Program-made: the position numbers and the translations under genes
Notes under the pieces: model-generated
Seen by the model: only the letters and a program-made list of their open reading frames with translations
Database searches by the model: none
What the model was told of the DNA's origin: nothing
From: Podarcis vaucheri
Taxonomy: Eukaryota
NCBI GenBank assembly: GCA_965113315.1
Contig: OZ220373.1
DNA: 64,000 nt
Direction: 5' to 3' (one strand)
Shown here: positions 1-13,224 of the stretch, in pieces
How positions within the stretch are numbered: the first letter of the stretch is position 1
Layout of the letters: each line of letters begins with the position of its first letter

Positions 1-1753
1 GAATATAGTTAACCAAATCAATTTAAATGTAAGCTAATTGCATGGAGAAGGTTTCTGTCAAAGTAAAGAACTCTTGAGGAATACTTGATATATTATGCTT
101 GTGGGTGTACACCTTAAAACTCTTACATGCATGTCTGTAAAAGTATGTCTTAAATTGTGCTTTCAAAGAGTTATATAGTGATAAGGGGAAATGTATATAC
201 TAGGAAGCCAGAAATGGCCATAGCTCCTTGCTATATATATTTACAATCGAAACTACAAGTGAACTGCCATGTAGAATTTGTTCCATGGAAATCAATAGGA
301 TGTAAAAGTTTTTAAAATTCCCATTGATCTTATTTTCCTTAGCTGTGTTGAGCACCTTTGCAGGATATAAATTTAGACAGGAAATAACTTTAGTAAGTAA
401 ATAAAGAGGCCCTATTATGAACTGAGACACTCTATTGCGTTTCATCCCAAACAAAGTTAGATCACCAGAAGCTAAAGAACATTCATTTATCCTTAAGCAT
501 AATTGTACTTATGTTCCAGCAATTGTTCTAGAGAGCCTGAGCACCATGACAGTTCAGAGGAATAATGACCTTGAAACAAGATGAGGCCCCTGAAATGGAT
601 TCACTTAGAAGCTTTCACAGTTCTTTGAGCAAAGCAATTCCTAGTCATTCTGGCAAGGACTTATTCTAAATTGTGCTCCTATGGATGGGAGACGCCACAA
701 GAAGAAAATCTAATACACCAAAGCACCTGGACACAATTTTCTATTTACTTTCGAATCTATCTGTATTGGAAGAGGGCCACAGTGAGATTAATGCATTAAC
801 TTTTCATTTTGGAACTTGGTTTTGTTGTCACTCGAGGACCAGGAATTATGTAACACGGGCTGCTTTGATATATTACTAGTGCCCTGGCTGGCTGTTTGTA
901 CAGTAAGAAGGCAGTCATATAAAAATAATCTCCAAACAAATTTACTGTAGCAGTTGCCATATGAAAATAATGCTGGTACTTTGACAAAAAAAAACAAACC
1001 AGAGAATTTTATGTGTTTCATTGAATCTGCAAGGGAATGAAGCTTTTGTGCAAAAAGGAGCTGGGTCAGGCTTTACATTTTTGTGCTGTGACCCTTCCAC
1101 ACAAAAAACTTTGAAAGGGTTGATATTGGCTCCACTAGTTCATTTACTTCTGCTACAAGGCACAATGAAGGATTCTGTTCGAAAGCAACAAAACAAAATC
1201 AAATCAAATCTCATCAAATGCAACCAGGCTCAGCAGCAGACCTAATTTCACCTGGAAAGTTCTGGAAATGCAGTTAGAAAACTCTTGCGAGCCTCAAGTT
1301 TCTTATAGCCTACAGTCTCAATAAGCTGCATAAAGTAGAAGTTACTGACTCGTGACCCAACAGAGAATTCTGTGACTGCAAATGCCGACATGGCAGGTGC
1401 GGTTTTCAAAGTGCTGCAGTATCAGAAGATGCACCTGATAAACCTCGCTATGCTACCCAGTTGTTAAAAGTAGTAAAACACAAACAATTCAAAACCACGT
1501 GTGTGTCTTTCAAAATGGTAATCAAATATAAATTTATGGGGTTTGGGAAGAGAAAGAAGAGGGGAGGGGATGTAGATAAGGGGAGGCTACCATTTCAGGT
1601 GTATGCAAACATCTCAAACACCAGCTAATTCTAGTAAATAAACAAACATATTTGACATTTGAAGTATGTACATAGTTGTAGATAAATTCATAATGTTTTC
1701 AGCTATTGCTTAAAGTGACCTTTGTTGTTATTATAAGTATTGCAGGAACATAC

Positions 1754-1898
1754 CTGATAATTCACAGCCAAGAAGTTCCATTCGCAAAGTGCAATGCCTT
1801 CTACAAACCTGAGGATATAATCGTATGTACTGAGATTTTATTGGTGGTGTGAAAGAATTTGCGTAAGGCGTATTATTATCCACGTTCCCACGGAAAAC
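1754..1898 (-). CDS. EDIL3: EDIL3 coding exon (human exon 8 equivalent), C-terminal part of discoidin domain 1
   Basis: Absent from the ORF track; translated by hand: [48 protein letters not shown](G). 145 nt, acceptor ATAG| (ct at 1899-1900), donor G|GTATGT (ac at 1752-1753); phase 0 in, phase 1 out. Confidence 0.97.
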
Positions 1899-2189
1899 CT
1901 ATGACAAAACACAACAGATTGTAAAAGGCATTTGAATGGCAATATGGGCCAATAAAGTTCATGATTACATACAATTATTTAGTGTCAGCAGAAGGTCTGC
2001 TGTCCTCATTTGATGGATGTGGCAGGAGTAAAACAGAATGCAACTGAAGATGGGTGAATACAGGCAACCTACCATTAAGGAAGCGGGGAATATCCTGCCA
2101 AGTAGTGGTGAGAATTGTACCATTCCTTTGTTTCCCTGGATTTCTAATTGGTGGGACATTATGGATGGAGTTTCATGCATATTTAGATA

Positions 2190-2394
2190 CAGTAGTACCT
2201 CGGGTTAAAAAACTAAATTCATTCTTAACCTGAAACTGTTCTAAACCTGAGGTACCACTTTAGCTAATGGGGCCTCCCGCTGCCGCCGCACTGCCGGAGC
2301 ACAATTTCTGTTCTCATCCTGAAGCAACCCGAGGTACTATTTCTGGGTTAGCGGAGTCTGTAACCTGAAGCATCTGTAACCCGAGGTACCACTG
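2190..2394. mobile_element. Non-autonomous Tc1/mariner (Tigger/pogo-like) MITE
   Basis: 18-bp TIRs CAGTAGTACCTCGGGTTA / TAACCCGAGGTACCACTG (1 mismatch), TA on both flanks, internal repeats of AACC(T/C)GA. Confidence 0.85.
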
Positions 2395-3437
2395 TATCCA
2401 CCTTGGTAAGTTCCACTCAGTAAATAGTTGTGTGCACACATCCATTGGTAAATAGTGGAACTGGAGTAGGGATAATGTGTGGCAGGGAAATAATAGCTCT
2501 TTGAGCAGTAGTAGTTTAGTTTGGATAAGGTCCTTAAGCAGGGCTGGGAATCATTTTAGTATATTAAGGATCTGAAACCTTTACAGGCACAGAGGTAAAC
2601 ATACCTCTGTGGTTCAAACTACACATGACATGAGACATTTGAGAATGGATATCCCGATAAACTTTTTAAATTTTAAAACGTGGGGGAGAAATTTGGATGT
2701 GGGCCATGGTGCAAGGGCAGTACAACCCTTTTCTCCTCCACTGCGGCCCTGATCCAAATTGCTCCTCCATCCCCACAACTGCTATTAAAATATAGAGGAG
2801 AAAACATATCGGCAATATTTGGAGCACCAATAGTGCTCTGCAGTGGAATCTGGATTAGGTATCCTTGCTGCAGGGGTGAAGGACTTGCTCCTTCTCCTTT
2901 CCCCCCTTGTGATGGCCCCAATCCAAATCACTCCACCAAACGTTTTTACGAGAAGAGAAATTGTGTTGAGACATAATTTGTGTGTCTGCCCTTCTATACA
3001 TCTCTTCTTAAGAGTTACGTGGAATGGACTACTTTGCATTTAGGGTTTTTAATTTTTTTAAATTGTGTCTGCAATAGTTTTAGTAGTATGGTATGTCGTG
3101 CTGCTGAAATAATATTGTCCTTTCACGGGTTAACCAATTGCCAACATAACAAAACTAAATGGAGAGCAGACAAGTAATTACTGGTCAGCTAATTAAAATG
3201 AAAACCATTTAAATATAAGAAACAGAATTATTATAGCCTTGCAATGCTATATTTATAAAACAATCAAAGTAGAGGAAAGTCTTACTCAATGCAAAATGTC
3301 GACTTATTCCAGTATTTCCCAGAATAAAATCTATCAAGGAAAAAAGTCTCAATAAACCCACTTTCTGCTATAAGGCAGTAAAATCCCTTCACTAAATTGC
3401 TATTTAAAATGCTTTTATACTGATGACAATGACTTAC

Positions 3438-3593
3438 CATATCTTCAGTTGTGCCTTTCACTTTGTACGTTGCCCATAATTTCCCATCATTACTATATGC
3501 AATTTTGTATGATTTTATATATTCTGGGCTTCCGATTCTCTTGGCACCTTGAGTTATAACACCAGTGATTCTCATCTTCCTCTGCAGGTTTAT
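3438..3593 (-). CDS. EDIL3: EDIL3 coding exon (exon 7 equivalent), discoidin domain 1 middle
   Basis: [52 protein letters not shown]; 156 nt, TTTCAG| acceptor, ATG|GTAAGT donor; phase 0-0. Confidence 0.98.
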
Positions 3594-3799
3594 CTGAAAT
3601 TATAATAATGTGTTATCAGTGACCACCAATGGTGGGATGATTGGTATTATGATGCTTCATTTAGATTTTGGTAAAATGTCTGCTTTGGCTGCATTTCTCT
3701 AATATACTGAACTTCCATCTGTCTGAGGCTTCATTTGGGCTAGAGATTAGCCCTAAAAGAGAGAACACTGTATTCATTTCAGAGGAGATTAGATACTAA

Positions 3800-3925
3800 A
3801 GCGGGGATGGGGAAACTGTGGAACTGCAGATGTTGCTGGAATTCAACTCCCATCAGCCCTAGCCAGCGTGGCCAAGGGCCAGAGATGACGGGAAGACTAG
3901 TTCAGCAACATCTGCGGGGCCACCT
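3800..3925. mobile_element. Decayed hAT-type palindromic MITE
   Basis: CAGATGTTGCTG...CAACTCCCATCAGCCCT...CAGCAACATCTG fold-back, same layout as the intact copy at 9591-9726; ends approximate. Confidence 0.65.
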
Positions 3926-5465
3926 GTACTAAAATATAATCTTTCTTACAATGTTTTTCAGTTGCAAGTAAATAAATGCAGGTATAGGGAATAATATAGA
4001 ATAAAATCTCTTTTACAAGTTGATTTCCAGTCTGGCAATCAGGTTCATGTTGTGTTCACTGGTATCACTCCTGGAATTTGCTGTTTAATCTCATTTCAAG
4101 AAAAAACCCCAAAACAAACAAACATAGTATGCACAAATGCATTATGTCCCCTAGGAGATGAAGGACGGCCAAAGAAACACAGCTCTCTGTACAAATTCTC
4201 AACGCCAAGGATCCCCCAAGTGGTCAATACTGACTCCCTGGGTTCAATGAAACAGTGCGGGGTGGGGGGCAGAATAAAGATCTACGGGTTGAAAAGGGCC
4301 TGAGGCAGGAAAGAAGTTTATGATGTACAGTATAGTGCAAAAAATAACAATCAAGAAGTATGAGCCTCAAAAATGTAGCTCCAGCGTGTCTTCTTATTCT
4401 TATTTATTAAACTTCTGTACCGCCCTTGACCCAAGGATCACATGATGGCTTACAATATAAAAACACAAAAATACACAGCATGATAGAAAGCAAAACAATA
4501 CTTTCCACAATACTTTCCAATGAGGAATTTCTGTATTTAAGAGATATTTAACTTTTTACTAATTTATTAATTGAGGTTATAGAGAGATATTCCATGACTA
4601 CGAGCCTAAGGATTTGGATTGGCGTCGATTACAACTTCATAAGCTCATCAAGCAGCCACTGAAGTGCTTAGGAAACCCTGCTTTGGTGCCGCATTGTGGA
4701 GTTCTCCCATTCAGGGTTCTCCTTAGTCAGCCATGCCTTCCTCCCTGATCACTGCCAAGCTTCAGAGGCCCTGAACAAGATGCCTTCTGGCAAAGCATAA
4801 TTATTCCTAAATCATGACACCCTGACTGCTCTCCCCTCTCTGCTGGCAGTTTCTCCCTTCCCACCCGCCTGCTGTTGCCCTGGACGCTCTGCTTCCTCCA
4901 TTAGAGGAAAGGAACATTAGAAATGCCCCCTTTCTCTCTCTCTCCCCCCCCATTTAAATATTTACAATTTGGGTCAGGCAGTTTGATGAATTGTTCAGAG
5001 AAGCGCCAACCAAACCTACAATCTTCATTGTCTGAGAGTGCCAATGAGCTGCCCACCTAAGCCCTCATCTACTGCCACTGTCTCTGGCAATTTTGGGGGC
5101 CTCATGGTTTGGGGCCCTGAAATTATATCCCAGCCCTAATGGCACCAAATTGGATGCATCATCAGAATACATTCCATTGGGAGGACAACTGTGCCCTTCA
5201 AAGGTGGTATATCCCTCACTTCATAAATAAAACAAATATTCCATTCTATGATCTGTGAGCATGCTCAATACTCATTGGGCTGTCCTGCCAAAAAAATAAA
5301 TAAATGTATGCATGTTTGCAAATCTTTGGGTTTCTCCAACCCTGTTGATATCTCCCTTTTGTGTGTGGATGTTGCTACTTTAACTGCAAAATGATCAATA
5401 GTAAGATCTGAACTTTGGAAATATAGTTATTTTCATGTTATTCACTGAGGAAAATACACTATTTA

Positions 5466-5674
5466 CTGTAGATTCCAGCGTAGAAGACGACTTTTTAACC
5501 CCGGAAGCAGCAGCAGGGGTGGCAGGCTCTGCTCCGTGCCGGGCAGCTTTCTCCCGGCACAGAGCTGCCCAACGTTTTAGGCGACTGGGCTTATAAGACG
5601 AACCCCCAAATTGCAGCTGCCAATTTGGGGGGTCATCTAATACGCCCAGTCGCCTAATACGCCGGAATCTACGG
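5466..5674. mobile_element. Tc1/mariner (Tc2/pogo-like) MITE
   Basis: TIRs CTGTAGATTCCAGCGTA / TACGCCGGAATCTACGG, TA duplications at 5464-5465 and 5675-5676. Confidence 0.8.
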
Positions 5675-5724
5675 TATTAGTAATCCAGCTTCTGATGTGT
5701 AGAAGGTTCCATGTTACTCACAAA

Positions 5725-5875
5725 CAGTGCTTTTTCCTGGGGGTACGCAGGGGTACGCATACCCCTAAACATTTTGTGAATCTAAGTTTGGCCTCATTGG
5801 GGGGGTAGTATTTCAATATGAGTAGGAAAATGAGAGTACTCCTAAGCATTTTTTTAAAAGAAAAAAAAAGCACTG
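5725..5875. mobile_element. hAT MITE
   Basis: TIRs CAGTGCTTTTT / AAAAAGCACTG; 8-bp TSD CTCACAAA (5717-5724) vs GTCACAAA (5876-5883). Confidence 0.8.
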
Positions 5876-7739
5876 GTCACAAAAGAAACAAAGCCATGTC
5901 TTCCAGCTATGTGGAGAGCACAATTGGTTACTTGTCTACTTAAATACACATTTTTCTCTGTGTAAATATGCTTGGGTCTCACTGCCTCACTGCCAAAATA
6001 ATAATGGTTCTTCGTAAGTTCTATGCAATAAAAATTGGAAATTTTGTCTAGGTTTTTTTTATAATTCTGCAAAACAAAGTTGGTTAGGAATCAGGACTCC
6101 CTCTTATTTCCCTCCAATGATTAAATCTGTTCTACATTTTGGAGCAACCAAACAAGTAAAAATGCAAATAGTCTTACAGGGTAAAGAAATAACACACGGT
6201 TAAAAGTTTGTGTTTAGCTATTTCGATGAAATGCCTTCTTTTTCTCTGCAAGTGAAAAGAATGCAAATGGTTATGTTTCATATTCATCAAAACACAAAGG
6301 TTGTTTGATTTATGACCCATAAGAAATAGTACGTTAGATGATTGGTTATCCAAACAAAGCATAATTATTCCTAAATTCCCTACCAGCTCCTTTGACTTCT
6401 GGGAATAAATTAACCTAAATTTACAACTTTATGAAGGAATGGAAAGGAGAAAATTCTGGTCATGCCTTTTTCAATACTGATTTTTAAAGAAGTAATACAT
6501 TTTCAACTGTGTTTATTGTTTGCTGCTTATTGTTTATATAGCTTATTTTCATCCTTGTAGCGTAATTGTTTTTAACATCCCTGCCACATATAATTTGCAT
6601 GGTAACAGTTAACAGAACCATGCAACTGTTTCAGAAACTCTGTTGTAGCAATGGGTTTTGAACAACATTCCTAGCAAAGCACTGTTGTATTAGAGCTCTT
6701 CTTCTTTACTTATTGCCAAAAGCAATGAAAGATAAGTGACTGAATTGGATGGAAAATTAGGAGGAGGCATTTAATTTAATCCTCACATCCCATCTCCTGA
6801 TTTCTCTCAATTTTAGCCAAAACAAACACCCACCCTTATACAAGTAAATGTGTAATTCTATACATGTCAACTCAGAAGTAAGATCTGATGAGTTCAGATG
6901 GACTTACTTCCAGGTAAGTGTATGGGATGGGATGGGGGATACCTCAGACTCACCTAGAACAGTCCAATCCTGTTGAAATGAATATGGCTTACACTAGGGA
7001 ACAATTTGCACTTCCCTATTACCTTTGAACTTATTTCTGTAAAATCTTCTGTACAATTATCTGTAGCTACACTTGTTGTTTCTCTCCCTTCCCCACCACT
7101 GCCCAGCCAATTTAAGACATGAAGTCCCAAGGAAAGCAAGCTTACAATGTAACTTTAGACAGATCTGCTCAGAGGTTAAATGACACTTATTCCAGTGAAT
7201 CTTTCTCCCTGGGCAAGTGTGTGAAGGATTTATGCAGTAATGGAGCTTGATTTTAAGCATTTCAGGGATTACAAAATCCAGCACTTCAATAGGTGACTTC
7301 GGGGAGGGGGAGGGGGAAACAAGCTTGATTAAGTTTGCCATCCTATATCTACTTGTCTAGGAGTATGCAATCAGTGGGATTTACTTCTGACGGCTGCACT
7401 GTAAGATAGTATATGAAGTGCATTTAAGAAATTCTTGTGACTAATGTGAGCCTGGGAAAGTATTCGGGATATGCACATAGAGTTTGAAAGATGGGGGAAA
7501 TAGGATGATGAAATATGAATATAGCAATCCAACAACTGAGAATCCCAGTGGCTGCATATAGTACTGTTGTGTACCCACCAAGTCTTCTGAGGCCGTTCTT
7601 TAAGCTACACCTCTAAACCCTACTAGAAGTCTGTACATCAAAGTGAATGAACCTCTGGAGCAAGCAAGCAAGCATCGTTGTGGCATAAGAAGCTTGTATT
7701 AATAACAACAAATCTGGACAACACACACAGAAGTACTTA

Positions 7740-7915
7740 TAGGAACACATACAGAGTCAGAGCTTTGTTCCATCTAACTCAGCATTATCTACACTGAAAG
7801 GCAGTAGCTTCTAGGGTTTTTGTCTAGGGCTTTCCCCAGTCCTAACTGGAGATGTTAGGTATTGAATCTGGACCTTCTATAAGCAAAGCAGATTCTCCAC
7901 CAGAGAGATACAGGT
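7740..7915 (-). mobile_element. Decayed tRNA-derived SINE (Squam3-like)
   Basis: Reverse complement resembles the copy at 26696-26865 (box B-like GATTCAATACC, CTGAGTTAGATGGA body); ends approximate. Confidence 0.55.
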
Positions 7916-9590
7916 CTTTCCCTTTATATTTGCTTTGGGTGGGGGCTGTTATTTTTGTGAATCATGTTGAAATCTGAATGACTCGCAGTGAGACAGTATA
8001 ACATTGCTATTGCAAAAATCTATTAGGCAGCGTAGTAGGACAATAATTCCCCAAAGCTTAGAACAACAGATTTGAACAAAGAACCCCCAAGAATGAATAT
8101 TATGCTGGTGAAATTTTGGTCTTTGGCACATGCACACAGAGGCAAAGTGTTTATAAGGAAGGTGGATATTCTGCAACCTTCATTATTTGGACGAAGAAGC
8201 CGTGCCACTTCAACAGCACTATGGGATGAGACTTAGTGCCACATGTGAAAACAATGCTATTATGTAACAAACTGTGTTCTACCACCCTTTATCTGTTGCT
8301 TTCCAGGCTTTAACAGCACTATCCGAGGAGTCAAATGGATTAAGTAGAAGGTCCCTGACCTCTGCAAAAGCAACATTCGATTAATTAAATCCTTACTTTC
8401 TCATATACTTTCACAAATGGAAAGATTAACATACTAGGGCTGAAACAAATATTTACAAATATTTGAAATGTGGTAAATCTTCCAATTTAACCTGGTTATT
8501 TCAAGCACAGCAATACTGTAACAGTAATATTTAACCTTTTTTCAAAAAATAAATAAAAAGAGTGGTTATCTTCTTATACACAGATGCCAAGTTTAGCATG
8601 TAAGGTAGAGCTGGCTGCCAGTCAGACTATTAAGATCTGACTTGTAATTTTGGCCCTGGGATTTGGGAATCACAGGAGACTTGTTAGCTTGCTGAATAAT
8701 TTATTCCAACAACCAGCAAATATGTAAAATATAGGAGTTAAACATTCACATGGAATCCTAAACATGGAATCCTAAACATGGAATCCATTCTCTCCAGGTA
8801 TTATTCACAGTCTGATTTTTTTACCTGTTATGGACAGTGCAAATGGAGAAAACTGTATTTCACCTTTTCTTCCATTTTAGGAATGAAATTCTCTCTTTGC
8901 TATGGCTCTTTGTCCATTATTTGTTTCACTTATAGTGGTCATATATATATTTTCTTTTTACTAATGCTCCCCACAAATGTATAAACACAGGAACTGCAGA
9001 CTTTAGGCATTTGTCTTCTGTGTTCAAGTGGGGAGAGTGAGGGTGAGAGCACTAGCTTAACTTCTCCATCACCCTCCATGAGTTGGTTGGAGGATATGCT
9101 GAAGACAGACAACAGAGTAAATGAATACATCATACAGATGTCAGAGAAGAACCTTCACCAATATTTAAGAAAGAATAGCTGAGCGTCTTTTGAAGATGGC
9201 ATTAGACAGAGCAGGCACACATATACAGGTCCATATGGTCTTTCCCACTATGGTTAGAGGTATTATATTCCTGTCTAAATTATACTAATTTTACTGTGCC
9301 AACTTGATGTTGGCAAGGTAAGGGGAGGAAGCCACAATATTACGATAGCATCAAACATGCCAACTGGACCCAAGCGCAGCAGCAGATAGATTAGCACCAA
9401 ACAATTTGGTGACTCCATTTAAATTTCCCATGATGCTCTGAAATGATTCTACATCAGAGCATTGTAAGAAATTAACATGGAGATACAGGCTTCCTGGCAT
9501 GGGAGCTTCAGGTCAGGCCCCAGCCCTGTTGGGGCCCTGAGCAGCAGCCTGAGGATGCTACATTCTGACGCCAGGGCTGATGCTCTACTG

Positions 9591-9726
9591 CAGGCATAGG
9601 CAACCTCGGCCCTCCAGATGTTTTGGGACTACAACTACCATGATCCCTAGCTAACAGGACCAGTGGTCAGGGATGATGGGAACTGTAGTCCCAAAACATC
9701 TGGAGGGCCGAGGTTGCCTATGCCTG
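9591..9726. mobile_element. hAT (Charlie-like) palindromic MITE
   Basis: 136-bp near-perfect fold-back CAGGCATAGGCAACCTCGGCCCTCCAGATGTTTTGGGACTACA.../...TGTAGTCCCAAAACATCTGGAGGGCCGAGGTTGCCTATGCCTG; perfect 8-bp TSD CTCTACTG (9583-9590, 9727-9734). Confidence 0.93.
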
Positions 9727-9924
9727 CTCTACTGCTTCTGTTGGTACTAGGCAGAACAGTGTTATCCTTTGCTGAATCTCAAAAATGCTGCTCTTTTCAA
9801 TCACAGGCTGCTGTGTACACAGTAAATGTGGAGATATGCAGATGTATTGTTGTGAACATGTTTGCCAGCTTTGATGAGACAGCTACAGAAATTTGTGGAT
9901 TGGGATAATTTGATCACAGTTGTC

Positions 9925-10380
9925 TATCCTCAAGGTTGGATTATTGCAATGTGCTCTATGTAGGCCCACCCTTGGGGTTGGCCAGAGGCTGCAACTGGTG
10001 CAGAACACAGAAGCTAGGTTGCTTGTAGGGTCACATGACCACCAGCATATAAACACCCTGCTTGTAGGATTTGCACTGACTGCCAGACCGCTATTGGGCC
10101 AAGTTCAAGGTCAAGATATAAGGCCCTCTGCAGTTCAGGAACAGGTTATTTCAGAGACTGACTATATTATCCCTGATATACCCAGTAGATCTCTGTGGTT
10201 TGAGTTTGTCCTGCAAGTTCCAAAGATCTCAGAAGCTCAGTCTGCAGTATATTGGAGCAGGGCTGCCATATTCTGTGGAATAGCACTACTCTCAAGACAA
10301 AAAAGGCACCTACTATCTACAATTTTCAGAAAGAATTGAATACATTTTTGTTTTGTCTGGCTATCCCAGCTGGATGAACT
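9925..10380 (+). mobile_element. Decayed L2-clade LINE 3' fragment
   Basis: Broken frames read SRLDYCNVLYVG and QRLQLVQNTEARLL, resembling the L2 ORF2 C-terminal SRLDYCN...LQLVQNAAARL motif; ends approximate. Confidence 0.7.
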
Positions 10381-13046
10381 GATCAGTGTCATGAGTGCCT
10401 ATTTTGTATGGCTTTAGTTTTCTTCATCCAGTGTGTATGTGTGTTTTCAACTGTTTTTTTTTTGCTATGTTTATTGTACATCACATTGAAATGCCTGTTT
10501 AGCAGTAATAATAAATTAGTGGCTAGAACTGGATCAGTGCCTATATGTTTTATTCTGCTTCAGAATGAAAATATCATAAAATTCTGCTTTTTCTTTTTCT
10601 TCCCTTCTTCCTAAGGGCTCAACTCATTTGGTTTTCGCTGGGAAACATCACTTTATGCCTTCGAGAGTTTACAGAATTAGACAGACTGAAAACTTGCTTG
10701 GTTTGTTTCTTCTTCTTCTTAAGTTATTATTTTAGTCCCAAAGGTAGTTGCTGTGAATGCTATTAATGGAAAGATATGAATTATTCAGCTACTGGCATGT
10801 TTAAACGTCAGCTTCCATACAAAGCCCACAATCAGCCTCCTGTTTTACAGAATTTTGCAGTCACTTAAATTGCATTTAATTTACAAAGTATTGATTATAA
10901 GCTTAACTATGTTTAGCAAAAGGATAATATTAATTACTTTATTCCTTGGCATATATTTTACATGATTAAGTTCCTCTATGCCATTTCCCACCATTTGCAG
11001 GCTAAAAACGTGGGGTAGGGCAGAGAGATATACACAACCAGGGGAAAAAATGTGAGCAGTACAAATATTTCAGATTAAGCTATTAAAAAGGGTTGCTTTG
11101 TTCCAGTGAGGAGATAGGCTCAGAGAAGTAACACACAGGAACATTTGGTTCTTTCCAATTTCTTTTTGCTTTTTACTTGTTTTTAAACTTTTTTGATTTT
11201 CTTATTTGGTTTTGTGTTTATATATTCAGGGTAGGGGGTATATTTCAGGGTTGTGGGATAACTATACACCAACTTTTTATATACAAGCCACCAAATATAT
11301 ATTGTCTTGAGCATTTCTGGACAGACTAGGACGGTCTGTATTAGTTTCTTATACAGGATCTCTTAAGGACCTTCTAATAGCGGACCCTGGTGTAGGTCAG
11401 GGGTGAGGAACTGCATTCGGCTGGTGGACCAGATGCTTAATTTCTCCACCTGCAAGGGCCAACTTGGGCAGGACCGCCCACCAATCAAAGTTCAAAGGAG
11501 GTTGCTGCCATAGTAACTTCATCTGAAGACATACTTTCACGGCCAATCAGCTTCAAAGGGCCTTACTGTCACTGTTGGTCCACGGTTCCAGAAAGCAACT
11601 TTGAAGTTATTCCTTCCTCAAGTTCCAGCTGCTCAGCCCTCTCCTTTGCCTCTGAGAATCTCAGTGGGAGCTGCTTCTGCCTAGTAAGTGAGGTCCAAAG
11701 GGTAACACCAAGAAAGACTAAGGATGAGGGAAGAACTGCTGCCTGTAAAATCCTGGCATCATATGAACAGCATCATATTTTCATTCTTTTAATGGGATTT
11801 TATGACTATAATTTTTTGCAAGTTGCTTTGAGAGCTTCTTGGAGCATTCACAGCAAAACTATAAAGATAGTAAACATGCTTTCAATCCTTAAGAAATAAT
11901 AAGACACAAAATATAGCTGTGGGAGCAACTGGTAGACTGCAACTATTTCTCTACCCTCAAGCTACAATTGAATATTTGTTATCATCTCAGCCACCTCAAA
12001 AATAGATGGCTCTATTTTTCATCACATTTCTTAGTTTTGTATTCTTGTAGCTTTTAACTCAGCGCTGGCGAGACAAGTGTGACAGGAAGAACCCTTCAGT
12101 TTTATCTCTGTGTTGGTTCAAGATTAATAAGAAAACCTGAACACCGAGGAAGCTGAAGAGCACGCTCCCCACTCACCCATGCTACCACAAAAAATCGGTC
12201 AAAGGAAAAGTTAAGAATTTTCAGATTTCAGCTGCAAAACAACAAGAATCCTATAAGAAGAACAAAATAAGGCATACTTTTGACAATTTATGGGCCTTAT
12301 CAAAAGTGAATTAAAGGCATTTTTAAAAGCCTGCATTATTCCTTTGCTCAGTAAAGAACGTAAGACAATACATCTCATTAAAAATTGAAAGCACTTTGTT
12401 TGGGAACATGCTATGTGGAGTAAAGCAGAGGGGAAAAGAAAACTTGATGAGTCTCAAGAGGAAGCCTGGCATTGTAATTAGGTTTTTTTTTTCTTCTGTC
12501 TTCCAACACCTACTGAGTAAAAATATCACAGCACAGATGCCCTGATCAACATTATTCAACATTCTGGCTCAAAGAACACATGAAGTTAATTATGTATAGT
12601 TTTCCTCCCTGATATTTTTTGCTGTGTATTTTTTAAAAAATAATCTAAAGCAACTGCCCAGGCTTCAATTCCTAATTAAAAATCAGTAAGTAGAGGAAGA
12701 TTTCTTATCCTTCCTTCTCTATCATTTTCCCACCTCCTGATTTCTCAATTCACCTAATTTTTGGCTTCCAAAGTCTCCTTAGAAGCAGGCTACAATTGTA
12801 CACTTTCCCTATCCTCAATATCCCCCTCAATATATGAGAGAGAGACACATTCAGTGGTAAAAGTACCTTATTTATGGTCCAGCCAACCTTTCAACCAATC
12901 AGATTTGTTTCTGGACTACCCCAGGTCAGACCATTTTTCTCATCTAATGAGTGACAAAGAATTTCCATCCAGCAAGCCAATCAAAAGTGAACCCACACCT
13001 TTCCTCGGATCAGTCTGATGCAACTTACTACCCAACTTATCACACA

Positions 13047-13224
13047 CACTGGCAGAGGAAGAGGGGTGCGCGGGGAGCGCACCGCCCCTGGCAGCGCAAT
13101 CCTGGCGGGGTACCATCGTGGCTGACCCCTGCCTGTGCTGGGTGCCACACCCCCAGGATGCGCACCAGCCCTGCCCCTGCCTGCTCTCCCCCCCCAGGTG
13201 CCGAAGCATGAAGCTCCGCCACTG
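13047..13224. mobile_element. GC-rich hAT (Tip100-like) MITE
   Basis: TIRs CACTGGCAGAG / CTCCGCCACTG (9/11), perfect 8-bp TSD ATCACACA (13039-13046, 13225-13232). Confidence 0.8.

Noticed and set aside
3282-3437. Read-through extension of exon 7 ORF
   Set aside because: The donor ATG|GTAAGT is consensus-strong and I know of no corresponding isoform; likely a chance open frame.
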